Shown: piece after piece, positions 28,334 through 38,028 of the stretch | Numbering within the stretch: position 1 is the first letter of the stretch | Layout: each line of letters starts with the position of its first letter | Sequence record: MW845759.1 | Origin: Erwinia phage pEa_SNUABM_38 | DNA length: 40,000 nucleotides | Direction: 5' to 3' (one strand) | The notes under the pieces: model-generated | Database searches by the model: none | Told to the model about the DNA's origin: nothing | The model's input: the letters and a program-made list of their open reading frames with translations, nothing else | Translations under genes and position numbers: made by a program

Positions 28334-28352
28334 AGCATATATGTTATCTTGG
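28334..28352 (+). promoter_or_regulatory. Putative phage promoter motif
   Basis: AGCATATATGTTATCTTGG upstream of 28378. Confidence 0.5.
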
Positions 28353-28377
28353 TGTAAACCTGTGAGGAGTATCAAGA

Positions 28378-30591
28378 ATGCAATCCTATACCGAGTTAAA
28401 GAGCACCCACGCAGACCGTGAGGCAGCTGTCGATATGATTTCAGGCTCGCGTGCAGCAATGCAAGGCGGTCATATGAAATCGGCAGTGCCGGTGGATAAC
28501 CCACATCACACCCTGCATTTTACGGGTGCGGACACTGAGTACGAGAAGTATGTGTTTAACCACGTCGTAGAAGACCAAGGTGAAGTCTACCAGTACAATT
28601 ACAACGGTCGTTTTCTACGCGCCATCTTTACCCGTACCGCCTGTCGTAGTGACGCAACACCGCTGCAGCGCGCAATCTTTTTCCGTCGGTCGGCATTAGG
28701 CGATGGCGGGCGTCCCGTTATCGACCTGATTGAAACCACCGGTTATACCGACCACGACCACGTCTTTACCTCACCACAAAAGGAAACGCCGAAACTCCAG
28801 CGCCTTTTGCGTGGAGAGACCAACATTCTGGACTTAGGGGATAACCTCACCGAACTGAACTGTCAGAAAGATGGGGAGTTCGCAGATGGGGTGAATCTGT
28901 TAACGGTACCGGTATCGCATCCTGAGAACATTGAAGATGCGTACTTTATCTCCAAGACCGCAGCGGCGATGATGCACGGTTACGGCTATCGCCGCATTAC
29001 CGTGGTGTTGCGTGATGGAGACACCCTGTTGGATATCATGGGCTACCGCACCGCCGATGGGCGTTGGGTGCCGAAATACTTCCCAGAGATTGGTGAAGCG
29101 ATCCCTAACAGTGGGCTGGTTATCGCCAAACGTCTGTACGATCCGTTGTACGCCGCTATCGACATGTCATCCGGTGAACTGCAGCACCCGTCACCGTTCT
29201 TTGACCGCTGTGAATACGTGGATGCAGACCCGGAGTACGTGGCGAACCCAACCGAAGAAAACGGGTCTCGCGTTATTGACATTAAAGTGTGGCGTAACGA
29301 TGCCATGGTGAAGAACGGTGTCAATAACATTCGCTGTACTGAAGAGAACAAGCGTCTGCTTGATGAATACGCACTGGGCCTGAAAGATTACTACACGTCC
29401 ATCCTGCGCTTCTACTTCTCAGTAAAAGAAGATGTGATTTGGTCACCGAAAGCCAGCTTGCTGATTCGTACAGCGCTAGCATCGGACTGCCATGAAGTTT
29501 TCCATGAGTTCCAGCGTGATATCCGTGATGAACTGACGAAGTCTGTCCGTCGTCATGAGAACAAGCAGGACTACGTGGACAGCAACATGAAGAAACTTCA
29601 GGAAGCGCCGGAGCGCAACCTGAAGGAAGCAGTCACCAACTACACCATCGAAATCGTGGTGCGTTACCCTATTCCGGTTACCGTGTCGTCGAAGATTACC
29701 GACCGTTCAGGTACTAAGGGTATCGTGGGCGCGGTAATGGATGATGAGCTGATGCCGCTGGATGAGTTCGGTCAGCGGATTCACTGTCTGCGTAGTGCGA
29801 ACGCCGTTATGCGTCGTTCAACCTATTCGGCGCCGTACCACATCTTCTGGTCTGCCGCTTCTGAGCAGTTAAAGATGCGCATGAAACCAATGCTGGAGGA
29901 AAACCGGGTAGACGATGCGTGGGCTGAGCTGCTCGAGTATCTGAACTGCTATAATGAGAAATGGTCACGTGCCATTGCTCTGACGCACCAGACAACCGAG
30001 CAACGGATTAAACTGTTTGAACAGATTTATCAAACCAGTATCCGTATCCACCTGCCACATGAGCTGCCGAAATCCGGGATAGATATATGTGATAGCCTTG
30101 GTAGATTCACACCGAAGCGCACCAAACTGTTAATGACCGACTATAACGGGAAGAAGCAGTGGACGAAGAACACGTTTTACGTGGGCTACGTAGAAACCTT
30201 ACGTCTGGATAAAACCGGCCGTGAGTTCTCCTCAATGTCATCCATGTACACAAACTACTTGGGTGCGATTGATGCCAGTGGTGCCGGTGCCGGGAACTAC
30301 CCGATGAAGTATAAGGCCATTAAGTTCGGCGGGGAGTCTGAACGTCGACTGCTCGAAGGCTACCGTAAAGGTACCTTTGATGAGATTCACAACCGTGCAA
30401 ACTGTCCGGATGTACATCGCGCCGTGGTTCGTGGGCTGTATGAATCCCACACGCCGACTTCACCGGGGTATCTGATTGACCGTAAGCAGTTCCCGATGGG
30501 TTATTCGCAGATTGATAAACTGGTGGACAACATTCACCGCTGCGAAGGTTTCCGTTTAGTTAAACCACTTCGCGAGGATGTAGCTGCATGA
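28378..30591 (+). CDS. RNA polymerase beta subunit, C-terminal part (probable non-virion RNAP, phiKZ gp71-73-like)
   Basis: VTVSSKITDRSGTKGIVGAVMDDELMPLDEFGQRIHCLRSANAVMRRST aligns by eye with bacterial beta [45 protein letters not shown]; later KFGGESERRLLEGY compares with QFGGQRFGEMEVWALEAY. Confidence 0.92.
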   Translation: MQSYTELKSTHADREAAVDMISGSRAAMQGGHMKSAVPVDNPHHTLHFTGADTEYEKYVFNHVVEDQGEVYQYNYNGRFLRAIFTRTACRSDATPLQRAIFFRRSALGDGGRPVIDLIETTGYTDHDHVFTSPQKETPKLQRLLRGETNILDLGDNLTELNCQKDGEFADGVNLLTVPVSHPENIEDAYFISKTAAAMMHGYGYRRITVVLRDGDTLLDIMGYRTADGRWVPKYFPEIGEAIPNSGLVIAKRLYDPLYAAIDMSSGELQHPSPFFDRCEYVDADPEYVANPTEENGSRVIDIKVWRNDAMVKNGVNNIRCTEENKRLLDEYALGLKDYYTSILRFYFSVKEDVIWSPKASLLIRTALASDCHEVFHEFQRDIRDELTKSVRRHENKQDYVDSNMKKLQEAPERNLKEAVTNYTIEIVVRYPIPVTVSSKITDRSGTKGIVGAVMDDELMPLDEFGQRIHCLRSANAVMRRSTYSAPYHIFWSAASEQLKMRMKPMLEENRVDDAWAELLEYLNCYNEKWSRAIALTHQTTEQRIKLFEQIYQTSIRIHLPHELPKSGIDICDSLGRFTPKRTKLLMTDYNGKKQWTKNTFYVGYVETLRLDKTGREFSSMSSMYTNYLGAIDASGAGAGNYPMKYKAIKFGGESERRLLEGYRKGTFDEIHNRANCPDVHRAVVRGLYESHTPTSPGYLIDRKQFPMGYSQIDKLVDNIHRCEGFRLVKPLREDVAA

Positions 30592-32699
30592 AAAAGGGCT
30601 TAGCCGTACATGTGCGGGACCTGCGTAACCTGACCAAGGACCAAGTCTGGAGACTGAACGGACGTTACGATGTAACGTTCGATGACGGCGTGACCCTCCC
30701 CATGGGGGGTCGCCACATTAAACTAAGCTGGCCGTACTGGGCGTTCTCTCGCCTGTACGATTTTGTACCTACCCCTAGCACCCTCACGTACCAACGTGAA
30801 GAGGTGTCCACGGACAAGAAGCATCTGGAACTGCTGGGGGTAATGTTCCGTTTGGCCAAACATCATGGCATCCCTATTGCCGATATCCGTTATGTGTTAT
30901 CCGAACACGGGTACACGGATGCGTACAACGGTTCTGTTGAGAACCTGATTGCGTACATCTCAACGGTTGACGTGGATACCTTCTTAGACATCTGGCGTCA
31001 CCCCCGTATGGATGTGGTGCGCGATTTGGCCCGTCGTTATCCGGAAGGGTACGATGAAGAAGGTAATGACATGGTGGAAGCGGCGTATCAGGAAATCGAG
31101 ATGATTTTCGATGATCCAGCGATGCGCTACAACATGGCAGTAATGTCGGTTCGTGACCACACCGTCAAAGGCGATACCATCCTGCAGGCATTTGTTCGCG
31201 GGAAGCTGTCAGAGATTGACTCGCGTGTGTTCAGTAATCAGGTCTGGTCCGGTCTCTTTACCGGTCTGGACGATGCTGGTCGTGTGAAGGAATCGTGCTC
31301 GACCTCGCGTTCGCATCTGTACAACACAGATAACATCGCTGATGCTGAATATACCAGCCGTAAATTCCAGCTGGTGTCCAACGTCCTCATGCGCTATACG
31401 CCGGGGGACTGTGGCACCCATCACCACCACCGTAAGACCTTTACGGATACCCGCTCACAAGAGCTGGTATTCAATGCGATGGCGGGGATGTACTTTAAAC
31501 TGGAAGGACATCAAGAAGGGCCGTGGATACGCTTTAACAAAGGCGAGTTCAAGCAGTACGTGAACAAGCCACTGGTCTTCCGCTCTGCAATGACCTGTAA
31601 ACTGCTGGCGAAGCAGTCTATCTGTTCTATTTGCATGGGCGATATGGTCGACAACATGTCTGACGACACTGCACCGGGTCACTTGGCTCTGACTTCCATT
31701 TCGGAGAAGGGGTCACAGGGGATTCTGTCCACCAAGCACTTGGACTTCCTGCGCAAAGTGTTGCAGCTAGTGTTTACCTCGACAATGGAGCGTTTCATTA
31801 CGCTGTTCAAGCACAGTACCGTGAAAGCGGTGCGTTTGCAGAACAAACCGTTGCAGGGTAAATGGGATGACTATGAACTGACAATTCAGGATAAGATCCA
31901 CTCCGAGCTTATTCAGATTGCCTACCATAGTTCGTTGTCTGAACTGGATGAAACGGCCTTACCTGACATCAATGCGTTGACCTTTGTACGCGTCGATAAA
32001 GAAGGGAACGTCCTCGATGAGGAGTCCATCAACGTGCGAATGGGGGTGTGCGGGAACTTCTCCCCAGACTTCCTGAAGCACTATCTGCGCAACAAAGACA
32101 AGCTGCGTATCGTTGGCAAATCTGTACATATCCCTCTCGCCGGTTGGAACGTGAACCGCCCTCTGTTAGTTTATACAAATCGCTCAGAAAGTATGGCGGA
32201 GTTTGTATCAGCAATGGAAGCGAAGATTCGTTCCGCGTCGGTTGATGGTGAAGACCGTTTAGTGAAGTCGAAGAAGATGGAAGGCAACCAGCGTTCTGCT
32301 TTCTTCAAGAACAAAAACGGTGTGGTAAAATCCATCTCTTTGGTGGACCAGCGTGGTGCCACAGAACAGCAATGTACCGATGCCATGTTTGACATGTATC
32401 AGTTCATTGACCGTAAACTGAAAGGTATCCCGATGGCGCACATCGGTATTACGTTAGCCGTCTCCCGTGTCGAATCCCCAACCAACTCCTTCCCGGCAGT
32501 TGGCTTCGATGCCGAAGACTACAATACGCAATCCGGTAAGCGTTTCTTAGACCACAACACCATCATGGGTCGTCGCTCTGCTGCCCCAATGCTTTTCTAT
32601 GAGGGTCAACAGGACTACCTCGACAACATCGGCTTTTGGACTGACAGAGTTCGCCCGGCGTCGTTATACGACGGGGCGTTCTTTGCAGTTAAGAAATAA
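30588..32699 (+). CDS. RNA polymerase beta' subunit, C-terminal part (probable non-virion RNAP, phiKZ gp74-like)
   Basis: YTSRKFQLVSNVLMRYTPGDCGT (compare [23 protein letters not shown]), CSICMGDM Zn-ligand-like, GHLALTSISEKGSQGILSTKH (compare [22 protein letters not shown]). Confidence 0.92.
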   Translation: MKKGLAVHVRDLRNLTKDQVWRLNGRYDVTFDDGVTLPMGGRHIKLSWPYWAFSRLYDFVPTPSTLTYQREEVSTDKKHLELLGVMFRLAKHHGIPIADIRYVLSEHGYTDAYNGSVENLIAYISTVDVDTFLDIWRHPRMDVVRDLARRYPEGYDEEGNDMVEAAYQEIEMIFDDPAMRYNMAVMSVRDHTVKGDTILQAFVRGKLSEIDSRVFSNQVWSGLFTGLDDAGRVKESCSTSRSHLYNTDNIADAEYTSRKFQLVSNVLMRYTPGDCGTHHHHRKTFTDTRSQELVFNAMAGMYFKLEGHQEGPWIRFNKGEFKQYVNKPLVFRSAMTCKLLAKQSICSICMGDMVDNMSDDTAPGHLALTSISEKGSQGILSTKHLDFLRKVLQLVFTSTMERFITLFKHSTVKAVRLQNKPLQGKWDDYELTIQDKIHSELIQIAYHSSLSELDETALPDINALTFVRVDKEGNVLDEESINVRMGVCGNFSPDFLKHYLRNKDKLRIVGKSVHIPLAGWNVNRPLLVYTNRSESMAEFVSAMEAKIRSASVDGEDRLVKSKKMEGNQRSAFFKNKNGVVKSISLVDQRGATEQQCTDAMFDMYQFIDRKLKGIPMAHIGITLAVSRVESPTNSFPAVGFDAEDYNTQSGKRFLDHNTIMGRRSAAPMLFYEGQQDYLDNIGFWTDRVRPASLYDGAFFAVKK

Positions 32700-32702
32700 A
32701 CT

Positions 32703-32729
32703 GAGGGGCCACGTGCCCCTCTCTTTTTT
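32703..32729 (+). terminator. Rho-independent terminator
   Basis: GAGGGGC-CACGT-GCCCCTC then TCTTTTTT. Confidence 0.9.
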
Positions 32730-34442
32730 GTGAGGGGCAAGATGTTCGTCATTAACGTCATGCATACCAGTATGGGCTTTCGCATCGAAGTGCCTGTACG
32801 GGTTATCGAATTAGCTATTTTAAAGTTCGCTGATGAAAACTTGCACGCGCCTAAGATGGGGCGCGACCATGGGAGAATAACCGTCGAAAAGGGGGACGCC
32901 TATTACGTACACGTTCCCTCAATGAACTGGTTCTACTTCCACAAGGACTACTTCCATCGCATTAAGCAGATTGTCCTGAATACTGCGATTGAGTACAACA
33001 AGCAAGTGGAGGTGAAGGAACACACCTACCAACGTAAGGAACCGTACAAGTGCGAATTCGATAACTACGGCTTTCAGATGGAGGTAACCGACCCTGAGTC
33101 GCGTTTCTTCTATCAGAACGAAGTGGTGGAAAAAGCACTTGACCCGCTGTACCTGCAAATCATCTTTGCGATTCAAACCGGACGTGGGAAAACCAAGTCG
33201 GCGCAGAAGGTGATGGTAAAGCGCGGCGTACGTACGGTTCTGATTCACCGGCCGACTTACGTTGATAAGTGGAAGTTCGACTGTATTGAAGATGAGTCTG
33301 GGCTGCGGGTAGATGACAAACACGTCTACGTGGCGAAAGGGACGCAGGGTATTTATGACCTGATTGAGGATGGCCGCAGCGGTAAGTTAGACCGGATGGG
33401 GATAAAGGTAGTCATCTTGCCCACTGTCTCCCTGTTTAACTTCATGAAAGAAGCGATTGCAACCATGGCTTCCAGCCCGGTTGACTTCGAGTCGTTCTAT
33501 GATGATATCGGTGTCGGTCAAGTGGTGTACGACGAAGTGCACGAACACTTCTTACTCGTGTACCTCAGCGGGATTCTGTTGAACCCGCCGTACTCACTGG
33601 AGATGTCCGCTACCCTGAAGCCGGGTGCTGCGAAGAAGTTTATCGCTGACCGGTATCTCGAACGTTTCCCTCTACGTTTTCGTGTCTCGGTACCGTATAT
33701 CCCGGTGGTTGATATTCGTGGGCTGTATTACAGCATTGACGACCCGGGCTTTATTCGCCGTGTGGCCAGAATGTCGCCGTACAACCACAAACTGTTCGAG
33801 CAGCAGCTCCTCAAACACAAACTCGAAGATTCGTATTTCTCGATGGTGTTTGATATCCTGAAGCGGTCGTACCTCGATAAGTATGAGTCCGGTCAAAAGG
33901 CGTTGGTGTTCTTTGCTCTGGTTGAGATGTGTGAAGCATTCACGAAGTATGTGAAGCATCGCCTTCGTAACGGAGACGGGCCACCAGGCTTGACTGTGGC
34001 GAAGTACAATGCGGGGGACAGCTACGACGAGTTCATTGCTGCAGACATCGGGGTCTCGACTCCGGGGAAAGCAGGTACGGCAATTGACATACCCGGTTTG
34101 GTGGTCGCTATCGTGACCATTGCTATCGATGACCGTCAGTTGAATGAACAAATTGCAGGCCGCCCGCGTGAAGTGACGAAGTGGGATTTGACACCGAAAG
34201 TGTTCTTCCTGCATTGCAGTGAAATGCCAAAGCACTTGCAGTATTTGGCCTCACGGCAAGAGTCGCTTAAGGAAGTAGTGAAGTCATTTACGACCTCCTT
34301 CTCCCCTTACGTTATAAGGAAAACGCATGCTAGCTCCTCCTTCTCCAGCAGTGCCCCTTCCGCCGTACCAAGGTTTAAGTCTATCAAGTCTCCTCGAAAA
34401 GGTTTTACGGGCTTACCCGGCCGTCGAGGACGTCGTCGTTAA
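32730..34442 (+). CDS. SF2-type DNA/RNA helicase
   Basis: IQTGRGKTKSAQ (Walker A-like), VVYDEVHEHF (motif II), SATLKPGAAKKF (motif III-like), EQIAGRPRE (motif VI-like). The track start at 32730 is TTG/GTG-type; ATG 32742 (MFVINVMHTS) has AGGGGCAAG upstream and is likely. Confidence 0.85.
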   Translation: MRGKMFVINVMHTSMGFRIEVPVRVIELAILKFADENLHAPKMGRDHGRITVEKGDAYYVHVPSMNWFYFHKDYFHRIKQIVLNTAIEYNKQVEVKEHTYQRKEPYKCEFDNYGFQMEVTDPESRFFYQNEVVEKALDPLYLQIIFAIQTGRGKTKSAQKVMVKRGVRTVLIHRPTYVDKWKFDCIEDESGLRVDDKHVYVAKGTQGIYDLIEDGRSGKLDRMGIKVVILPTVSLFNFMKEAIATMASSPVDFESFYDDIGVGQVVYDEVHEHFLLVYLSGILLNPPYSLEMSATLKPGAAKKFIADRYLERFPLRFRVSVPYIPVVDIRGLYYSIDDPGFIRRVARMSPYNHKLFEQQLLKHKLEDSYFSMVFDILKRSYLDKYESGQKALVFFALVEMCEAFTKYVKHRLRNGDGPPGLTVAKYNAGDSYDEFIAADIGVSTPGKAGTAIDIPGLVVAIVTIAIDDRQLNEQIAGRPREVTKWDLTPKVFFLHCSEMPKHLQYLASRQESLKEVVKSFTTSFSPYVIRKTHASSSFSSSAPSAVPRFKSIKSPRKGFTGLPGRRGRRR

Positions 34443-34704
34443 GTTGTGTGAAGACTCGGCCACGCGCCGAGCTTTCCACTATTACATGGTGACTGAACAC
34501 TTTGCCGGTATGCAGATTACGCAGCGGGGCAAGACGTACTACGTCACGCGTGTCAGCAGTATCCGCAATACCGCCGGTTATGAGCAGTATAGTTGGGTGC
34601 TCTGGCACGATGACAAATCCGGTACGTCGGTCGACGAGAACCCGAAGGTTGCTTACCGCCTGTATTCACACAAGTGGTTTGACTGGGTAACCGTTAAACA
34701 TTAA
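34327..34704 (+). CDS. Hypothetical small phage protein (125 aa)
   Basis: ORF overlapping the 3' end of the helicase gene out of frame by 116 bp, then followed by terminator. Confidence 0.65.
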   Translation: MLAPPSPAVPLPPYQGLSLSSLLEKVLRAYPAVEDVVVKLCEDSATRRAFHYYMVTEHFAGMQITQRGKTYYVTRVSSIRNTAGYEQYSWVLWHDDKSGTSVDENPKVAYRLYSHKWFDWVTVKH

Positions 34705-34710
34705 TAACAC

Positions 34711-34751
34711 GGGGGACACTCTATATGTCCCCCACTACCCTTATTTTTTTG
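34711..34751 (+). terminator. Rho-independent terminator
   Basis: GGGGGACA-CTCTATA-TGTCCCCC then ACTACCCTTATTTTTTT. Confidence 0.8.
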
Positions 34752-34770
34752 ATAAAAGGAAATAGCCGAT

Positions 34771-35385
34771 ATGTCTCGTCGTAAGAAGAAAGCTCCCCAT
34801 AACCCACGTAACGGTGCCCGCGCTGAAATTTACAGTGGTGTTCGCGCCGTGCTGCGCTGCGAAGACAAGTGGAAAGAACATGCTGCCCGCATTGGTACCA
34901 TGATTGAGCAAGAGCGTGTCGCCGTTGCCAAAATGGAAGACGCTGAAAAGAAAACCGTCGCTACCGAAGCGCTCGATCGCATGTATGCAGCCTACCTCGG
35001 CTGGCTGCAGCATTTCAACGACCAATACGCTGCGGCGTCTGAGAAAGCTGACGCTATCGGCACCAAAGCGCTGGACACCGTCAATCAGAAAGACATCAAG
35101 TGGAAAGACCTTGACATGATGCTGATTGAGCCGACCTCCCAGCTGCTTGAGCTGGATTCGGAAATGACCAACATGCTCATGACCGCGTCGACCACCATCA
35201 TGCCGGCAATTGCCGAGTACCAAATTAAAACCGGCGACGGCAAAGACAATGCCGAAATCGCCCATGTGCTGGAAGCGATGAACGCTCAGCCGCTGCCGGA
35301 ACCGGGCTTCGAAGCGGTAGATGAAGACACGACTCGTGAAGATCGTGCTGAAGATGCGTTTGACCGCGCTTCCGCCCAGGCTTAA
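34771..35385 (+). CDS. Hypothetical phage protein (204 aa), basic N-terminus
   Basis: ORF with AAAAGGAA RBS. Confidence 0.75.
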   Translation: MSRRKKKAPHNPRNGARAEIYSGVRAVLRCEDKWKEHAARIGTMIEQERVAVAKMEDAEKKTVATEALDRMYAAYLGWLQHFNDQYAAASEKADAIGTKALDTVNQKDIKWKDLDMMLIEPTSQLLELDSEMTNMLMTASTTIMPAIAEYQIKTGDGKDNAEIAHVLEAMNAQPLPEPGFEAVDEDTTREDRAEDAFDRASAQA

Positions 35386-35405
35386 TCTGTAGGGGTAACT
35401 CACCA

Positions 35406-37568
35406 ATGAGTCAGGAAACTGAAAACCACGGCCGCCCAGTATTGGGTGGACCTGTTCACCAGGCCGATGAGATTTTGCCGGCTGCTGAAGACCACGGCTT
35501 CAAAAAGATTGACGAAGAAGATTACGATCCGGAAGCTGCCCGTAAACTGTGGTTAGCTGATCGTGAAAAGAGACGTTTAGCGGCACAGGGAGTTTCAGAT
35601 GGTGGTGAAGGTAGCAATAGTGGGGGGCATGCCTCGCCAAATGCGCGCGTGGTCAATCCAAGCACTCCTGTTAGCCGGGGTGCAGATAGCGACCGAGCAG
35701 GAAGTGGTGGAGGACAGGAAGTCGAGACAACCGTTCACCGACACATCGATCCAATCCCTGAACAGTCTGTTCAGCAGCCCGTGGTCCGAGAAGCTGCCCC
35801 AGCATCCGCCGCACGAATTTCTCCACAACCAGTACATGAAGCTGACCTTGCCCCGGCACAGCCGCAGCATGCGCCGGCCCAAACGCAGGAAGTGAAAGAT
35901 GGCCAACAGCAAAAAGCCCCGCAAGCGCAAAGCGCACAAGTCGTTTTTCAACACGGAGAAGCTGGAGAGGCGGAACGAGTCCAACCAGCTCCATCTGCAG
36001 CAGCAGACCGCCCAGCTGTCCAGCCGACTGCAAACGTTGCGCCATCAGAGTCCGGTGCGGATGACCACGATGAGAACGCGACGCGTCGCGTAGCGTCGCT
36101 TCTGGAATCGCCGGTTCAGCAGGGTGAACGTAGTGAGCTGATGAAACTGCTGGATGATGATCCGGTGGGGATGTTGGCAGGCATGGCGCTGGTAGGGGGT
36201 TTACGTAATCTCGCCCAGTCGTCTACCGGCTTTAACAAGTTCTTCCGTTCGCTGGAACGCAGCAAAGATGGTGCCCCGGTCTTCCGTAATCCGCAAGAAG
36301 AAGATGTCTATAACCGCATTATGCAAATCATGCAGATTGCGTCTCCTTCGATGCAGAACGGTAATCAGGCCCAGTCCGAAGCCGCGCTGCGCGACGATAT
36401 CCAGTGGAAACAGCATCTGGATACCGGCACCGACGAACCGTTTGTCATTAAGAACCACCCCCAACAGGGTGCGGGGCTGATGAAGCTCGTGTACCGTCGC
36501 CAGAATTCCGGTGCCCCGGTCACGGTGTTCCTGCCAGCGTCCGGGTTCTTCATCACCTCGAAGTCTCCGCATGAAAACGACTTCTGTGACTACGACGTGG
36601 CGCAGACCATGGATACCAATCAGGTGGGCCTGTCTACCTTCGGTATTCTGCTGTCAGCTTCATCCGGTCTGTATCTGAAGCACATGGTTAACTTCGCGCT
36701 GAAGTTCGTGGTCGATACCACGTTGGATGTGGGCGGTGGCGATATGCACCAAACCCTGTACAACAAAATCGATGAGCGCGATTACTGGCTGGTTGTCATG
36801 GCGTGTACCATTGCCAAATACCCGGGCGGTATTCCATGGCTGATGGCATGTACTGAACCGCAGTGTACCTTCGAAGAAGAGCAGAAGCTGAACATCGCCC
36901 GTAGCATCCGCTACGCGAACGGCATCTTCTCCCCGTCCCAGCTCGACCTGATTAACCGTCAGCGTAATAAAGAGCCGATGACCTTCGTTGAGCAAGAAGC
37001 GTACCGTAAGGCCCACAAAGTTGACCCGTCGTCTAAATGGGTTGATGGTGACCTCACCTTCCGCTTTGCGCACGCGTCCATTGCGCGTTATATCGACACC
37101 TCTGAAGAGTGGGTGGCCGATATCAACCAGTCCACGACCGAAGCGTTGGGTAACTATGCGACAGAGCAAGAGCGTAACAGCTACATGCGCACTGCCGCAG
37201 AGACCCGACGTCTGACCCGTTATCTGCACTTCATCGAATCAATCACCGGCAAGGCCGAGGGTGACGAAGAGCCGTACGTTGAACGTGACCCGGTGAAAAT
37301 CCGCGAAGTCTTGGTAGCCATGTCTTCTGACCGTGCCTTTGTGTCGCGCTTTGAAGCAGCTATCGAACACTTCAACGAACGTAGCCGTCTGGCCATATTC
37401 GGGTACATGTCGCACAAGTGCCCAGCTTGTGGGGCGGCGACAGGCGAGAAAGAAGGCGCGTTCCGTGGTATCGTTGAGATTTCACCGGACAGACTTTTTT
37501 TCGTGCTCTCTCGAGTGGTGTACGAGATTCAGAAACTCTTAGCAGATCAATACGAAAGTATTGGCTAG
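35406..37568 (+). CDS. Large phage protein (720 aa) with disordered N-terminus and C-terminal CPACG Zn-binding-like motif
   Basis: Pro/Ala/Gln-rich first ~230 aa; folded-looking remainder; HKCPACGAATGEKEG near the C-terminus. Confidence 0.75.
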   Translation: MSQETENHGRPVLGGPVHQADEILPAAEDHGFKKIDEEDYDPEAARKLWLADREKRRLAAQGVSDGGEGSNSGGHASPNARVVNPSTPVSRGADSDRAGSGGGQEVETTVHRHIDPIPEQSVQQPVVREAAPASAARISPQPVHEADLAPAQPQHAPAQTQEVKDGQQQKAPQAQSAQVVFQHGEAGEAERVQPAPSAAADRPAVQPTANVAPSESGADDHDENATRRVASLLESPVQQGERSELMKLLDDDPVGMLAGMALVGGLRNLAQSSTGFNKFFRSLERSKDGAPVFRNPQEEDVYNRIMQIMQIASPSMQNGNQAQSEAALRDDIQWKQHLDTGTDEPFVIKNHPQQGAGLMKLVYRRQNSGAPVTVFLPASGFFITSKSPHENDFCDYDVAQTMDTNQVGLSTFGILLSASSGLYLKHMVNFALKFVVDTTLDVGGGDMHQTLYNKIDERDYWLVVMACTIAKYPGGIPWLMACTEPQCTFEEEQKLNIARSIRYANGIFSPSQLDLINRQRNKEPMTFVEQEAYRKAHKVDPSSKWVDGDLTFRFAHASIARYIDTSEEWVADINQSTTEALGNYATEQERNSYMRTAAETRRLTRYLHFIESITGKAEGDEEPYVERDPVKIREVLVAMSSDRAFVSRFEAAIEHFNERSRLAIFGYMSHKCPACGAATGEKEGAFRGIVEISPDRLFFVLSRVVYEIQKLLADQYESIG

Positions 37569-37684
37569 AGAATGGCAGCTTAAGCCACGAAACCCTTATC
37601 AACACGCTTAAGCTTGACACCACCTCTCTGTTTAAGCGTCGAGATCATCGGGCGGTAACTTACCAAGAGGCGTACGACGAGCTG

Positions 37685-37957
37685 ATGGCATCGTACGATG
37701 CCTCGTTAGGTTTGGACACGGGTCGATTCCATGTGGCGATGTCCAGTCAGGAAGATCCTCTGGCTAACTCGCTGTATCAGATATGGGTGGAAACGTTTAT
37801 TAGGGAGGATGTCTATAAGTATCTGGGGTTAAACTTCCAGCAGTTCTTAGACCAGCCGCGCTGGGTTATTGACATGCAGCTGAAGTCCATCAAACGTCGT
37901 CATCAAGACGAGAGTGCGTTGGCAACCGAGATACAAAACAGCCTTCCGAAAGACTAA
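37685..37957 (+). CDS. Hypothetical protein (>=90 aa; true start uncertain)
   Basis: ORF ending at terminator; frame is open for ~207 nt upstream without ATG/GTG/TTG. Confidence 0.6.
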   Translation: MASYDASLGLDTGRFHVAMSSQEDPLANSLYQIWVETFIREDVYKYLGLNFQQFLDQPRWVIDMQLKSIKRRHQDESALATEIQNSLPKD

Positions 37958-37960
37958 CAC

Positions 37961-37989
37961 GGTGCCCTTCGGGGCACCTTTCTTTTTTT
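37961..37989 (+). terminator. Rho-independent terminator
   Basis: GGTGCCC-TTC-GGGGCACC then TTTCTTTTTTT. Confidence 0.9.
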
Positions 37990-38028
37990 GTCGCCTTGGT
38001 ATGTATCCACCATTAGGACCCCGCAGCC

